DNA of 61,050 nucleotides, filler included, from Squatina squatina (lineage: Eukaryota): assembly GCA_031763465.1 (NCBI GenBank). It is 4 parts of 4 records of this genome, joined end to end, with 100 filler letters (N's around TTAATTAATTAA, not from the genome) between each part and the next. Parts side by side here need not be neighbours in the genome. Positions count along the whole stretch, not along the records: positions 1 to 15,830 come from JARFOE010000189.1; positions 15,931 to 28,901 come from JARFOE010000168.1; 2 more parts are not named here. One strand, given 5' to 3'. A program made the position numbers and the translations under genes. Below the pieces are notes generated by a model. The model was not told the origin of the DNA. It ran no database searches and worked only from the letters and a program-made list of their open reading frames with translations. Each line of letters opens with the position of its first letter. The stretch's first letter is position 1. Shown here piece after piece: positions 11,857 to 24,001 of this stretch.

Positions 11857-12829
11857 NNNNNNNNNNNNNNNNNNNNNNNNNNNNNNNNNNNNNNNNNNNN
11901 NNNNNNNNNNNNNNNNNNNNNNNNNNNNNNNNNNNNNNNNNNNNNNNNNNNNNNNNCATATGAAACATGTAAAGCAGTGAGGCTGGCAGAGCAAGAAACA
12001 GTCAAAAATCAAATTTCTGTCAGCAAATAGGTTTCAGGATTACAACCTTTCGTAGGGAGCTGAACGCATAGGCTAGATGGCCCAATGATCTATATTTGCC
12101 TGAAAACTGTTGCTAATTTGATGGCTAAATCACATTAATATGGGACAAACTAGTGTCCATTTTTAAAAATTTCAAATAGAATGTCAAAAGTTACAATAAT
12201 CATGGGAAGTCAACACCATCACATATTACGTATGCAGAATTACTTAGCTTTTTGGTTTAATTTCCACGTGTGTGGGAAAACATAAGGAAAACCCCAGTTA
12301 ATTCGTATTCATTTTATTTTACATCAAGACGGTGTGTATTATACTTTTACTTGGTTTGCGATTGGATTTGGAGTGGATTTTTCATGTCATTTTAAAGTTG
12401 CTATTTTTTTTTGAAGACCCAGGGTTTCTACTCCAAATTAAAACTAGACAGTACTGTACTTATTGGAATTTTAAAAGAAAAAGAGAGCACAATCAAAACT
12501 AATCACTGTGCAAGACATTAGGTCACTGGAGAGAGAATGACAACATTGTGATGGGCCAGAGCACTGGCAAACCTTCATTATTTACAGTCTGAGCATTCAA
12601 TTCAAATTCCAAATGATTCATCTGACCACCTTTTTTTGCATATACCGTAGTCGTCTGCATTCAATTCTTTCATATACCGTGTCACTAATTGGTATCTTTT
12701 CACATATAACCCAAGAATCCCAATATCCAATGGCAAGAATGAAAGAAAGTTGGCTTAACGTCGTGCCAAAACCCCAACATACGTATTCTTGGTCATTCTT
12801 TACTGCCAATTTGAAACTGCAATTTAAAA

Positions 12830-13088
12830 GAGGCGCATAAAAATGGTGCCACTTTCATCATCTATTTTAAAGATTCATTCACACCAACATTGGCCCTTCC
12901 GTTTAAGGGCGGGAAGGAGCCTGTGAATCCGACAGTGCTGCACTGAACATTGGTCAGCGCTCTGCCTTTACCACCCCTCTCGCTGCCTTTAGTGCTCTAA
13001 GGGAAGTGATAGCACTTGATTTAGTGATACTTCTGCTTTCCTTGAAAAGTTAGCGCCCCAAACGGGGCGCTGCGCAATTTCAAGCCCA
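12830..13088. mobile_element. Non-autonomous DNA transposon fragment
   Basis: tttagtgctctaagggaagtgatagcacttgat recurs near-identically at 17082-17114; ends aatttcaagccc. Confidence 0.5.
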
Positions 13089-13092
13089 AATT

Positions 13093-13246
13093 ACCTGGTC
13101 ATTATCACATTGCTGTTTGCGGGAGCTTGCTGTGCAAAAATTGGCTGCTGCACTTCCTACATTACAACAGAGACTACAGTCCAAAAGAAGTACTTGGGAC
13201 GTCCGGTGGTCATGAAAGGTGCTATATAAATGCAAGTCTTTCTTTC
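13093..13246 (+). mobile_element. Deu-domain SINE (SacSINE1/AmnSINE1-like) 3' part
   Basis: ctggtcattatcacattgctgtttg.gggagcttgctgtgc...gaaaggtgctatataaatgcaagtctttctttc; homologous to 50198-50529 and 45231-45330. Confidence 0.7.
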
Positions 13247-14189
13247 TTATATTCTTACCCGATAAAAATCTATCAATCTCTGCCTTGAAAGACCCCCAGC
13301 ATCCACAGACTGTCGGGAGAGAGGGTTCCAGATTTTCTCAACCCCTTTGCCACTGCAAAGGCGCTGTCCTCGGCTTTTAATTAGCTTTACAGACTTTTAT
13401 TTATTTTTCATTTACTTGGCAGATTGGTGGTTGGAGAATTGTAAGATCAGTGATTCCATGATTCGTGCCAGAATAAAGCATTTAGCTGTTTTAAACATGA
13501 ATCAGATCAATGGTTGTTAAAATAAACCTCTTATCTACAAAAACATGACCCACTCACTTTAAAAAACTGACCCGTACATGGGAATAGTATCAATCAGACA
13601 AAGAAAATTGGGAATCCAAAGCATCGCTTGTCCTGTGTCTTTTTAGTTGTAGTTTCTTTCCCTCTAGTTAGCTGTGTGTCAGCTAATTAATTATGTTCTG
13701 ACATGAAATTGCAGAGTGCATTGATTCCAATTATGATTATCTTGGTTACAGCATCAAGAATATGCAAGTATCCAGTACTTGGCATGTACTAAGAAACTTC
13801 TCAGTTTTCAACACCAGTCATTTCTAGTTTAAAATACACGTTGCTGAGAGTGCTGTTACCATGGAGGTCTCTGAGGAACACAACTGCAGGGTAGGAATAT
13901 TCACGCTCCCAAACAGATTATTGCACTGATTCTTTCAAAGTAATATTAGAGATTAACTGTGTGGAGACTTGCTAAGAGCAGAAAACAAATGAAATACCTC
14001 CTGGAAGAGGCAGATATTGTAAATTATAAAGTAGCAGTGGTTACGGGAGCTTCAAAACAACTTTACAGGGTTTCTGTTCATTGGGCATCAACCCTACATA
14101 TATCATGTTTGAAACGTTTTACAGCACAAACCTAGAATAATCTCAGCCATTGGTGAATTCTACAATTGCAAGACAAACTCCACTTCCAC

Positions 14190-14357
14190 ACCAAGGTCCC
14201 TTAACGGCCCTCTGAAGTGGCCGAGCGAGCCATTTAATTGTATCAAAGCGCCACCACTGGTTCAAGAAGGAGGCCCACCACCGCCTTCTCAGAGGAACTA
14301 GGAATGGGCAGTAAACACGGCCCTGCCAGTGATGCCCATATACTGCGAATGAATTAA
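14190..14357 (+). mobile_element. LINE 3' end (CR1-group)
   Basis: ggttcaagaaggaggcccaccaccgccttctc...ctaggaatgggcagtaaa...gccagtgatgcccat; reverse-orientation homolog at 21905-22153. Confidence 0.55.
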
Positions 14358-15033
14358 AGAACCCGTTCCATCTGAATCCATAACAGCCCTGAAGAAAATG
14401 GAGGTTTAATCTGGATTAACTAATTTCAATAAGCAATTTTTATTTTTTAGTAGTTTTTGGAGGGATAAGGGTGAGTCAATATCATCAAACTAAAACCTTG
14501 CAACTTAGCTTTTATAACCAGTCACGCCCAAACTTTACCGGTCTCTTCTCACTTTAGATCACCAATCAATTCAACTTTTCAAACAATTTCTGGTTATAAA
14601 ATTTAAAACACATGAGGTCAAAACTGTAAGCCGTGAATAACAACAAGTACCTAACACAAGTTTCATTCCGTGGTCTGCTATTTTAAGCCATTGCCCTCTT
14701 GAAATAAATGACTTATCTTAATCTGTCTTATTCTGCCTTCAGTTTGTGTGTAACTGAAAGTGAGAGAAAGTTAACATCTGATTGATTGGTCCTGACAGCC
14801 GACAGTCCCACTCCACTTATCCAATGTGTTCTCACTGGCAGTCATTAATCTTATTGAAAAAAGTGGATTTTCTTCTTTTGGGAAAGGCTAACAAGCTGAC
14901 ATAAGGCTTCAAATACTTAACACATGGACTGGATATTGATAGCGGGCATGCGTGGATTCTGCGAAAGCCAGCTGTCCCGTCGAATTGTGAGCAGCTCTCA
15001 CGTTGCTGCCATTGGTCAACAGAGAAAGACATG

Positions 15034-15460
15034 AAATAATTGGCCTTGGGAGTGTCCCACTTAGTGTCCGTCACTATGCAGTCACCCAAGGATCCAAAAT
15101 GGCATCCAAGATGCATATGCATGGGGAGTACCCTCCATCTTGGAGTAGGAACAAGTGCTCGTGAGAGTATCGCACACCAGCTAGATTCAGAGGATGGAAA
15201 TAACCACCTGGATGAGTGTGCAAAACCGTCTCCAAAATTGCCATTTTGGATGGCCCCATTGAATCGGAAGCCACGTGCTGACCTCATTCAACAGAATATG
15301 AGGGCAACCAGCATGAAGGCCCCCTTCGCCAGTGGTGTTTAAAGTGATCATGCAGGACTTACAGGCAATCTGTTGGTTTACTACTTCTGGCTGCTGCCAC
15401 TTACTGTAAGCCCACTGCCTGACGTACTCCCCATGGGAACCCTGCAATAATCATCAATCA
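15034..15460 (+). mobile_element. Harbinger-family DNA transposon end fragment
   Basis: tttaaagtgatcatgcaggacttacagg...cttctggctg aligns with 52905-52961, which lies upstream of a HARBI1-like ORF. Confidence 0.5.
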
Positions 15461-15639
15461 AAAGGATTTAACTTCCTCAACATGCAACTGGTTTACGACC
15501 ACAGCCAGCGCATCATGCAGGTCTGTATCCGCTATCCCAGCAGAAATCATGACTCTTTCATTCTACGTCAGTCCTCTGTGCCACCGTTATTCCAAGTCAA
15601 AGGCTGGCTATTGAGCAGCACAGGTTATCCCCTCCAGAC

Positions 15640-15830
15640 ACGGTTTCCACTGGCAGAAGGTTCGGTAACCAGAGGACATAGATTTAAGGTAAATGGCAAA
15701 AAGAATCAGGGGGAGATGAAGAGAATGTTTTTACGCAGCGAGTTGTTGTGATCTGGAACGCGCTGCCTGAAAGGGCGGTGGAAGCAGATTCAATAATAAC
15801 TTTCAAAAGGGAATTGGATAAATACTTGAA
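15640..15830 (+). mobile_element. CR1 LINE ORF2 C-terminal fragment
   Basis: FPLAEGSVTRGHRFKV... and WNALPERAVEADSIITFKRELDKYL are CR1 ORF2 end motifs. Confidence 0.85.
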
Positions 15831-15874
15831 NNNNNNNNNNNNNNNNNNNNNNNNNNNNNNNNNNNNNNNNNNNN

Positions 15875-15886
15875 TTAATTAATTAA
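15875..15886. other. Artificial scaffold linker TTAATTAATTAA within N44 padding
   Basis: Identical palindromic all-frame-stop spacer at 15875, 28946 and 47488. Confidence 0.95.
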
Positions 15887-17690
15887 NNNNNNNNNNNNNN
15901 NNNNNNNNNNNNNNNNNNNNNNNNNNNNNNTAAGGCCAAGTCCAGTCTGCTGCAGTGTAGCTTTCTTGGTACCTTCTGTAGCTTTTTCTTAGTTATTTGG
16001 CTTTTCTTGATGGGGTGGGGGTGGCGGGCAGGCAATAAGAAGGCAACAACTGGAATTTCTTATCTGCAGTTTTTCTTTAAGACTAGAATGTGTAGCTGAG
16101 ATTCTCTCCTTTTTTAAGGTCGGAGTAATGAATTTTTATAATTTTCCACTGAATTAGATTGGTTCTTTCATATGTGTTTTCAGTTTTGTCAAACCTGCTG
16201 CAGTTTGTTTCTGTTGAAATGCTGAGCTTTCTGAATCGTTCATTGGACTTTATTTGAAGATTCGAGGTTATCTTTGCAGGAATTGATGGGATTTTCTTTT
16301 TAAAGTCTTGTGTACTTAAACCAAATTTGGTTGGACTGCACAGCCTGTTCTATCCAGAAAATTGTAAATACCTGTTTACTAACCTGAAAATTGGGCTGAA
16401 CAAATATCTTCAGGGTCATTAGGTCATTCACCAAACCAGGGATATGGCAGTAGATACTTGGATCACCAGTGCCTGACAAGTAAATCTGTGCACCAGGCAG
16501 TCAGTCATCCTTGAATAGAGCTTCAATCAGATTGTGGAAACATTTTTAATTGTCCTTTTTTAGTGGTGCCATAGCTCCTTGTCCCTCCAGCAGTGCCACT
16601 GCTGTAGTTGGGCAGCGTCTCAGTCTGTTTCTGTGTCGTTAGCAAAGAAAAGTTCCACAGTGCCTTGCATTACTCTGGAGAAACAGAACTCAAAGCTCTG
16701 AACATCAGTGGGCAAAAAAGGCCTTTGAAAGCTGCGTTTCATTCGTGTTCCTTCTTCTGGACTGGGCCTTCTACTAAGTATCGGGTTTTCTTGTAACTGC
16801 AGTGAAGTGTAGAACTTGTGCTGTTTACATGTAGGTGAATGCGGTGTAAGTACCACGCGGGCATTTCATATGCCATCCCCCTGTGTATAGCGCAGTGCGG
16901 CAGAAACTTAAGTATTTGGGTATGGCATGTGGAATGTCCACATGGCAGTGTAAGCTACATTTTGAGAATTGTTTTCTCTGTGCATTTAAGGTCAAGTGAC
17001 AAGTTCCCCACTATTGTGGTAAGCTATGTTCCCNNNNNNNNNNNNNNNNNNNNNNNNNNNNNNNNNNNNNNNNNNNNNNNNTTTAGCACTCTAAGGGAAG
17101 TGGTAGCGCTTGATATAGGAGCAAATAATGACTCATTAATACATGGAATTGCTGTTGGGAAGATTGCAAATGGATTTCCTGAAACTAGAGCCGCTACATA
17201 ACAAGATTACAATGTTCAACATAATTCTGATAATCCTGCTGTTGTTACAGACAACTGCTAAACATTAGCTACAACATCATCCATTTTGGTAGTAAAGTTA
17301 GAGAACCTTCAAGGGTAGCATTGCCAGTTAATTTTTTAAAGTTTCTATTCGCTAGTCTTGTCATTCACAATTATGCAAAAATCTCAAGCATGTCACTTGG
17401 CCTTCAGAATGTCAGTCAGTCCTGCAACGACTGGCTCTTGCTCAACTTCAACTGATGTGTAGTTCACCGTAGCAGAACGGATTCAATAACGAGGAAAGTG
17501 AAAACATCCAACTGTAATATGGACCTTCACACACCTTGCCCTCGAGGCTTACAACAAAAAAAAATCAGCCTCGGCAGTTTATAGATGATGTGCTCAGTTC
17601 ACAAGCTTGGATAATCACAGTGCATTTTGGGAGCTGTTGTCTTTTTATTTGTGGATCTTAGTGTTTGGTATACAAAAGCTGCTTAAATGA

Positions 17691-17711
17691 AACTACATTT
17701 CCCGGAATGCC
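17691..17711 (+). promoter_or_regulatory. ZNF143/Staf (SBS) composite motif
   Basis: AACTACATTTCCCGGAATGCC matches ACTACAnnTCCCrGAATGC. Confidence 0.55.
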
Positions 17712-20199
17712 AGGTGGTTCAGGTGTATCCCATGTTAAGGGTCATTTGTTGATGCACTGTCCTCAATATGAAATGTAAGGACTCCCATTAATATCCTCCG
17801 GACAGGGTAATGTATATTTGAATTCAGCCCCACTGTTATTCTAGTTCTCCATTTGTGGTATTGCCTGCAGTACCAATTTCATTTGTAATCTCATTTGATT
17901 TTTTTTTCATGTTCTGAAAAAGCAAAATGTCAAAATAAATCATTTGACTATGGGAGACCTCCTAATGTTGTCTTCATATTGTCATGGAGACTCAATTAGT
18001 TCTTGTATTGCATCATTGGCTTTCCCTGTGCCATGTTTATGGTTTGTGCCCCCCCACCCCCCAACTTGCTGTCTCCATGAGCAGTATTATTGGGGAAAAT
18101 CGATCTAATCTCACCACTGAACGGTAGCAGCAATGACTCAACCTGCTTTTAGACCCTGGCAACCTTTTGTGCTATAAAGTTGGAGTATGTTAGCTGTCAA
18201 TCTTGCATCGTGTCTGTATTTTCTGATGATCTNNNNNNNNNNNNNNNNNNNNNNNNNNNNNNNNNNNNNNNNNNNNNNNNNNNNNNNNNNNNNNNNNNNN
18301 NNNNNNNNNNNNNNNNNNNNNNNNNNNNNNNNNNNNNNNNNNNNNNNNNNNNNNNNNNNNNNNNNNNNNNNNNNNNNNNNNNNNNNNNNNNNNNNNNNNN
18401 NNNNNNNNNNNNNNNNNNNNNNNNNNNNNNNNNNNNNNNNNNNNNNNNNNNNNNNNNNNNNNNNNNNNNNNNNNNNNNNNNNNNNNNNNNNNNNNNNNNN
18501 NNNNNNNNNNNNNNNNNNNNNNNNNNNNNNNNNNNNNNNNNNNNNNNNNNNNNNNNNNNNNNNNNNNNNNNNNNNNNNNNNNNNNNNNNNNNNNNNNNNN
18601 NNNNNNNNNNNNNNNNNNNNNNNNNNNNNNNNNNNNNNNNNNNNNNNNNNNNNNNNNNNNNNNNNNNNNNNNNNNNNNNNNNNNNNNNNNNNNNNNNNNN
18701 NNNNNNNNNNNNNNNNNNNNNNNNNNNNNNNNNNNNNGCACTTGATTTCCTTCTGTATTATTAACCCTGGAGATGTGATTTGCCATTTTAAGTCTCATTT
18801 TAATTTTCTACTTGTCCAAGGACCTCCAGTTTTTGATGCACCTCTCAACATCTCATGGGAATATGTCTAGTCAGTATCCTAATCATCTCCTGTTTGTGTA
18901 CAGCACAAAACAATGGGAAACTTTGTCTTATTTGACAATTTTTCTTTCCAGTTTATTCATTGCATTTTGGTTCCTAGTCATTCTCACATCTCTCTCCGTT
19001 CCGACTTACAGCATCTGCTGTAATTTTCACCAGCCTCACATGACACCTAATGAAACTCCCCTCTGAAAGTCTAAACGTTAGACACAGTAATATCCTTTTT
19101 TAAAAAAAAAATCAATCCCATTCATCAAGCACAACATGGCAGGTCATCACACACATCTTTCTAAGTCTTAACAAATTTCATCCTGTATTATTGACCTTGA
19201 AGTTTCCCACAGCCAGGGTAAGACTAACTGGCCTATAATCTCCTGGCTTGCCTTTCCCATTTCTCTCAACACAGGTAACATTTGCCATTCCCCTCCTCCC
19301 TGGTCCTTTGGGACACTGCTGACAAGGTGACTCACTTGATAGTGGGAATTGTGCCAAAGGTTAATCTGCGAAGTTAGATGTTTTTATTTGTGTGTATTTT
19401 TGCTCAAAAAACTGAAAACCTGAAGTACAATATTTATCCAATAGACACAACAACATTTACTCCCAAGCAGTAATTGAGAGTGACACGGCCAGATTTGCTT
19501 GTCGTATTAATATTGTATCCAGTGACTTCCTACAGGAGTTCTACTTTTTTTCTGCTCCTGAAGTTGCAAACTCCTTGCTGGGGAAAGTATTCCAAAAGGA
19601 TTGTGGCCATTTTTCACATGTAGGTTTAGGCAGTGAATGTTGGTAAGCTATTTGACCTTTTATGGGGCAGTGCAACAAAGCCTGGTGCTGTCCTCACCTG
19701 ACATCCACACATTTTCCAGCACGTCACCAGATGGCAATCAGCAGCAGGAACTTTGGCTGATTTTCCCCAGCCCCCACACCTAGTCAAGAGGCAGAAATCG
19801 GTGAATAGCCCAGCAATCCTGCTGTGTGGCTCTATTTACTAACTGAGGCATCACTTTTGCAAACCACAATGATTCTTAAACTTCCCTACTCTTAGTGAAG
19901 GCTTTGCAATGGAAATACTTATCCTGTTATGTGACTCCTTTTATCCTGTTTCTGCACAAGCCATCTGCAAAGTTGAGGTACACCAGATGCCCTCTCTAGC
20001 TGTTATTTAAGGGGCGGGGTGGGGGGAGAACACTGGCCATATTTTTTCTAGGGTATTTAATATGATTCTTGTATCGGAGGGGAGGCCTAAACCCTATGCT
20101 TTTTATATCAGACACTGACAGTAGCAGGNNNNNNNNNNNNNNNNNNNNNNNNNNNNNNNNNTTCAAAACTTCAATTGGTACTTCTAGGAAGTGCTCTGT

Positions 20200-20474
20200 T
20201 TATTTTGTGCTGGGTTGTGAGGGAGAGCAGATGATCTGAAATGGCTTCTCTTTGTAAACTATGGCAGAAGGAAGAGCTCTTGTGTCAGCTGCAAGTGGCA
20301 TCTGTATGCACTGATGAGGTGTTGTCATGTTTGACCACGGCTTTCGTTCCTTGTCTGAGATCCTCTGTTCCGAAAAGCAGTAGCTACAAGTTTCAGATGG
20401 CTCAGATGATGATGGCTCAGAGAATATACTTTGATTCTGGTCGTCTCCTTCAACGCCCACATGCAGCAGTCCGT
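20200..20474 (-). CDS. TNFRSF13B: TACI cytoplasmic tail, terminal exon
   Basis: Acceptor ttcttcttacAG, phase 1. EPSETCSYCFSE and FQIICSPSQ match human TACI EPVETCSFCFPE and LGIVCVPAQ. TAA at 20202-20200; divergent to MPRIP as at human 17p11.2. Confidence 0.8.
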
Positions 20475-21387
20475 CTGTAAGAAGAAAGCAATTCTAATAT
20501 AGCAAAAATAACAGCTGATATCTACAATATAGTATAGTGTGGATTTACTGTGCTCGCAGGAAGGTCATGTCACACTTTCTGTTGATGCCTGGGTGTTACA
20601 TCAGCCAGTTAAGTATACATACCTTCCAGTTTAAAGTTATTAGATTTAGCTTTGTCCTTTCAAAGCCAGGTGACACATTTTCCATTTATTATAAGTACCT
20701 GGCATCGGATAAATTCTCGATCTCGTCTATTTCTCAATCTAGCTCAGCCCCAGAATATTTGCTGACTTCAAATTCTCACCCAAGTTCTCTCTTCCTTAAC
20801 CATGTTGGCTACAACATCCTTATCCATTCAAACTGTTGCCCTGCAGTCCCTTGAACAGTGTGAGTATCGACACCCCTACCTCTCTCACCCGTGACTACAA
20901 GTGATACGTTAGCTGCACTTTTGCTTGGTGTTGCAACAACTGGCCTGGTGAGACTAAACTATCCTACCCTCTAGGTAGGTCACTTGCCACCAGGTGTGGT
21001 CCTACCCGTGTTGAGACTGGATACAAGAATGCCGTTATATTCCTCCATATTGCGTGTTGCACATCCTGGAGTCTTGTGCTTGACAATCAGGCCTGGTCTT
21101 CTCAATGGGCCCTGCCTGTTCCCTGGACCAGCTAACCACTATTAAATGCTTAATTTAGAGTTGGCACCTGAGATTGCTGGCTTAACTTAATCGGGGTCTT
21201 AATCTGCATTGAACACCACCGCCCTACTGCCCCCAATTGATCACTTGGACCCTAATACTTTCCGAATGGTTTGCCTAACTGCCTCCTGGCCTTGCACTCC
21301 TTCTCAAACAACCATATCATCAGTTCATCTGGCACCAGCTACAGAAATTGATGCCATAACACTCAAACAACTTGTCAGGACTATCAT

Positions 21388-21494
21388 ACAATATACAAAC
21401 AAAATTGCTGGAAAAACTCAGCAGGTCAGGCAGCATCTGTGAAGAGAAAAACAGTTAACGTTTCGGGTCGGTGACCCTTTGTCAGAACCTTCTG
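21388..21494 (-). mobile_element. Short Penelope terminal-repeat insertion with 16-bp flanking direct repeat
   Basis: ttgtcaggactatcat at 21372-21387 and 21495-21510 flanks the insert. Confidence 0.75.
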
Positions 21495-21904
21495 TTGTCA
21501 GGACTATCATCTGGTACTCACCCATTTGCTCTAGTTTGGGACAAACGCTACTCACGTCCCTTCTCATTCAGCTGTCTTGCAACTTGAGTCAACCTTACCA
21601 TACCTAACTTCATTTATCTAGTTTTTCAAATGAGTATTTCCTCTGCATTCTTGTATTCAGGCATGCATCCGGGCACCCTTGCCAAGACCATGCAACTTGC
21701 ATGATCATATGTACTGGATGCCAGTAGGGCTCAGAAGAAACACTTGCTTCTTTCACTTACTTCCACTGTGCACTTTTGAGCCCTTACCTCACTAAGTCAT
21801 TAAGTATCCTGTTGAGCTTAGCAAATAAGATGTGATCCTTTAACTGCTACTGTGGCCTGTAGTTTCCATATAAAGGAAGAGAAAAGACTTTATACATTTT
21901 TTTA

Positions 21905-22153
21905 AATCTATCTATCTCAGGATCTGGCCATCACTAATAAAACTGGCGATTATTCCCCATCCCTAGTGCCCTGAGAAGGTGGCGATGGGCTGCCTTGAAC
22001 CATTGCAGTCTGTATAGTGAAGGTACTCTTACAATGCTGTTAGGTGGGGAGTGCCAGGATTTTGACCCAGTGATGATGAAGGAACAGCGACATATGTGCA
22101 TGTCAGGATGGGTGTGATCTGGAAGGGAACTTGGAGATGATGGTGTTCCCGTG
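21905..22153 (-). mobile_element. LINE 3' region (CR1-group)
   Basis: ccctagtgccctgagaaggtgg...ccttgaaccattgcagtc...ggggagtgccaggattttgaccca; reverse homolog of 14190-14357. Confidence 0.6.
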
Positions 22154-22796
22154 NNNNNNNNNNNNNNNNNNNNNNNNNNNNNNNNNNNNNNNNNNNNNNN
22201 NNNNNNNNNNNNNNNNNNNNNNNNNNNNNNNNNNNNNNNNNNNNNNNNNNNNNGAATAGTGGGCTCTATGGCAATTTCAAAATGCCACCTGCCCCAGGTT
22301 CCGTTATTGATTTCTCTCTCTCTCTTCCATATTTCTTTTCATGGTTACCTCAACCGCACTATTTAACTAACAAACCAATACTTATGTTTCTGGGTTTATT
22401 GCAGTCTCTTCATGCAGTACGTCTATTTCCTTTTTAACCGGCACAGATACGAGAAATGTACAATAATTTAAGCTACTTAAACGGCACCCTGTATAGCAGT
22501 TGTATTGAATCAGAACATTTTACATTTACACTAGATGATCTATATAATCAGTAAAACCTCTCAAAACAAAGTACTTTATTCCTTATGGGGTGGGACAGGT
22601 ATATTTAATTAAGGCTAAACAAAATAAACAAGTGAGACAGTGTAAATTTGTTTTAAACATAAATATATTTTGTGGAAAGGGAATCCAACAGTTCAAATGG
22701 TTTCCTTGGTAAGTGATTGAATACTGTTTTCTTAACATTTGATGGAATTACTGACAAGTTTTCTGAACACGTTATACATTCATGTATGGTACTCAC

Positions 22797-22844
22797 ATTA
22801 TCTCGGTCCCAGCTGGCCGTCCTTTGCTGTTTCTCAGTACACAT
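22797..22844 (-). CDS. Candidate first coding exon of TNFRSF13B (MCTEKQQRTASWDRDN)
   Basis: ATG at 22844 in ggcATG context; 48 nt then GTGAGT donor (22796-22791); kB site 56 bp upstream; correct strand and position. No homology support. Confidence 0.35.
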
Positions 22845-22899
22845 GCCTGTGTGAATCAGAATGTGAAACCTCTCGTTTTAACAGAAGGAAGAACTTCCA

Positions 22900-22910
22900 G
22901 GGACTTTCCC
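22900..22910. promoter_or_regulatory. NF-kB site GGGACTTTCCC
   Basis: Exact match to the canonical Ig-kappa kB site GGGACTTTCC. Confidence 0.55.
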
Positions 22911-24001
22911 TAGTCATCTTACAACAAATTTCTCGAGGGATAGAATTGAAAAGCAGAGGAGTTATGTTAAACTTGCAAATATTAATCACTCATTTAACTG
23001 CTTTGTAAAGGTCCAGTGATTTTAAACTTTTTGCAGCTCTACCTCTGACAAATACAGAGATAAATTTAGTCTGACCACTGACTGAAAATGCCAGAAATAA
23101 TTTACCTTGACATGAGTGAGCAGCATNNNNNNNNNNNNNNNNNNNNNNNNNNNNNNNNNNNNNNNNNNNNNNNNNNNNNNNNNNNNNNNNNNNNNNNNNN
23201 NNNNNNNNNNNNNNNNNNNNNNNNNNACCTGAAAGTTGGAGCCGGGCTATGGTCATGCTTTAATTTTCAACAATTTTAGTTTCCCATCTGACCCCAACCC
23301 ACCCATTCTGAGAGGTTGAAATTCCTCCTTGGATGTCTGAAATGGAAAAGTGTTGTCAGGACTGAACTCTATTGTCTCCAAGAGCACAAAAATTCAAGAA
23401 AAATTAACTGTTTAGTTTGACAATGTTTCAGAGCAATGTTCAAAGCAATTAAAATTATCTAGAAACTTCCATCTTTAATTTTTAATAAATGAACCCTTGT
23501 ATGAATAAGTCATTTTCATGTAGGGAAGATGATTTGGTGGAGTGCAAAATATTAGCTCGACCAGATAATGAGGGGTCCAATTATTCAAAGCACGTGACAA
23601 TGAAGGGGTGGGGGATTTGCTTTCTTAGTCACTTTTTCATAGAAAAAATCTGTGTGAAACCCATGTGGAGCTCTGAGACTAAAAGGGGAAGCCTCAGTGA
23701 ATAAATAGAATCGTAAATCGCAACTTCCCTGCTCAGAGAGGAAATGAGATGATTCACATTGTGGTAGTTTTAGTTGCATTTCCTGCTGGCAAAATTAGCT
23801 TGAAACAAACAAAACTACAGACTTTAAAGCTTCTCCCAGTTCAGTGAGCGAAGACCATTAAACCGTCGGCAATTACTGAAGCATTTGTACAACAAAATGA
23901 ANNNNNNNNNNNNNNNNNNNNNNNNNNNNNNNNNNNNNNNNNNNNNNNNNNNNNNNNNNNNNNNNNNNNNNNNNNNNNNNNNNNNNNNNNNNNNNNNNNN
24001 N

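Noticed and set aside
15875-15886. Repeated TTAATTAATTAA palindrome as a biological site
   Set aside because: Symmetrically embedded in N44 padding three times; an artificial linker.
16560-16860. Short ORFs on both strands after a possible acceptor
   Set aside because: No recognisable protein or consistent splice pair.
18180-18870. Long ORFs of about 200 aa
   Set aside because: Almost entirely N gap.
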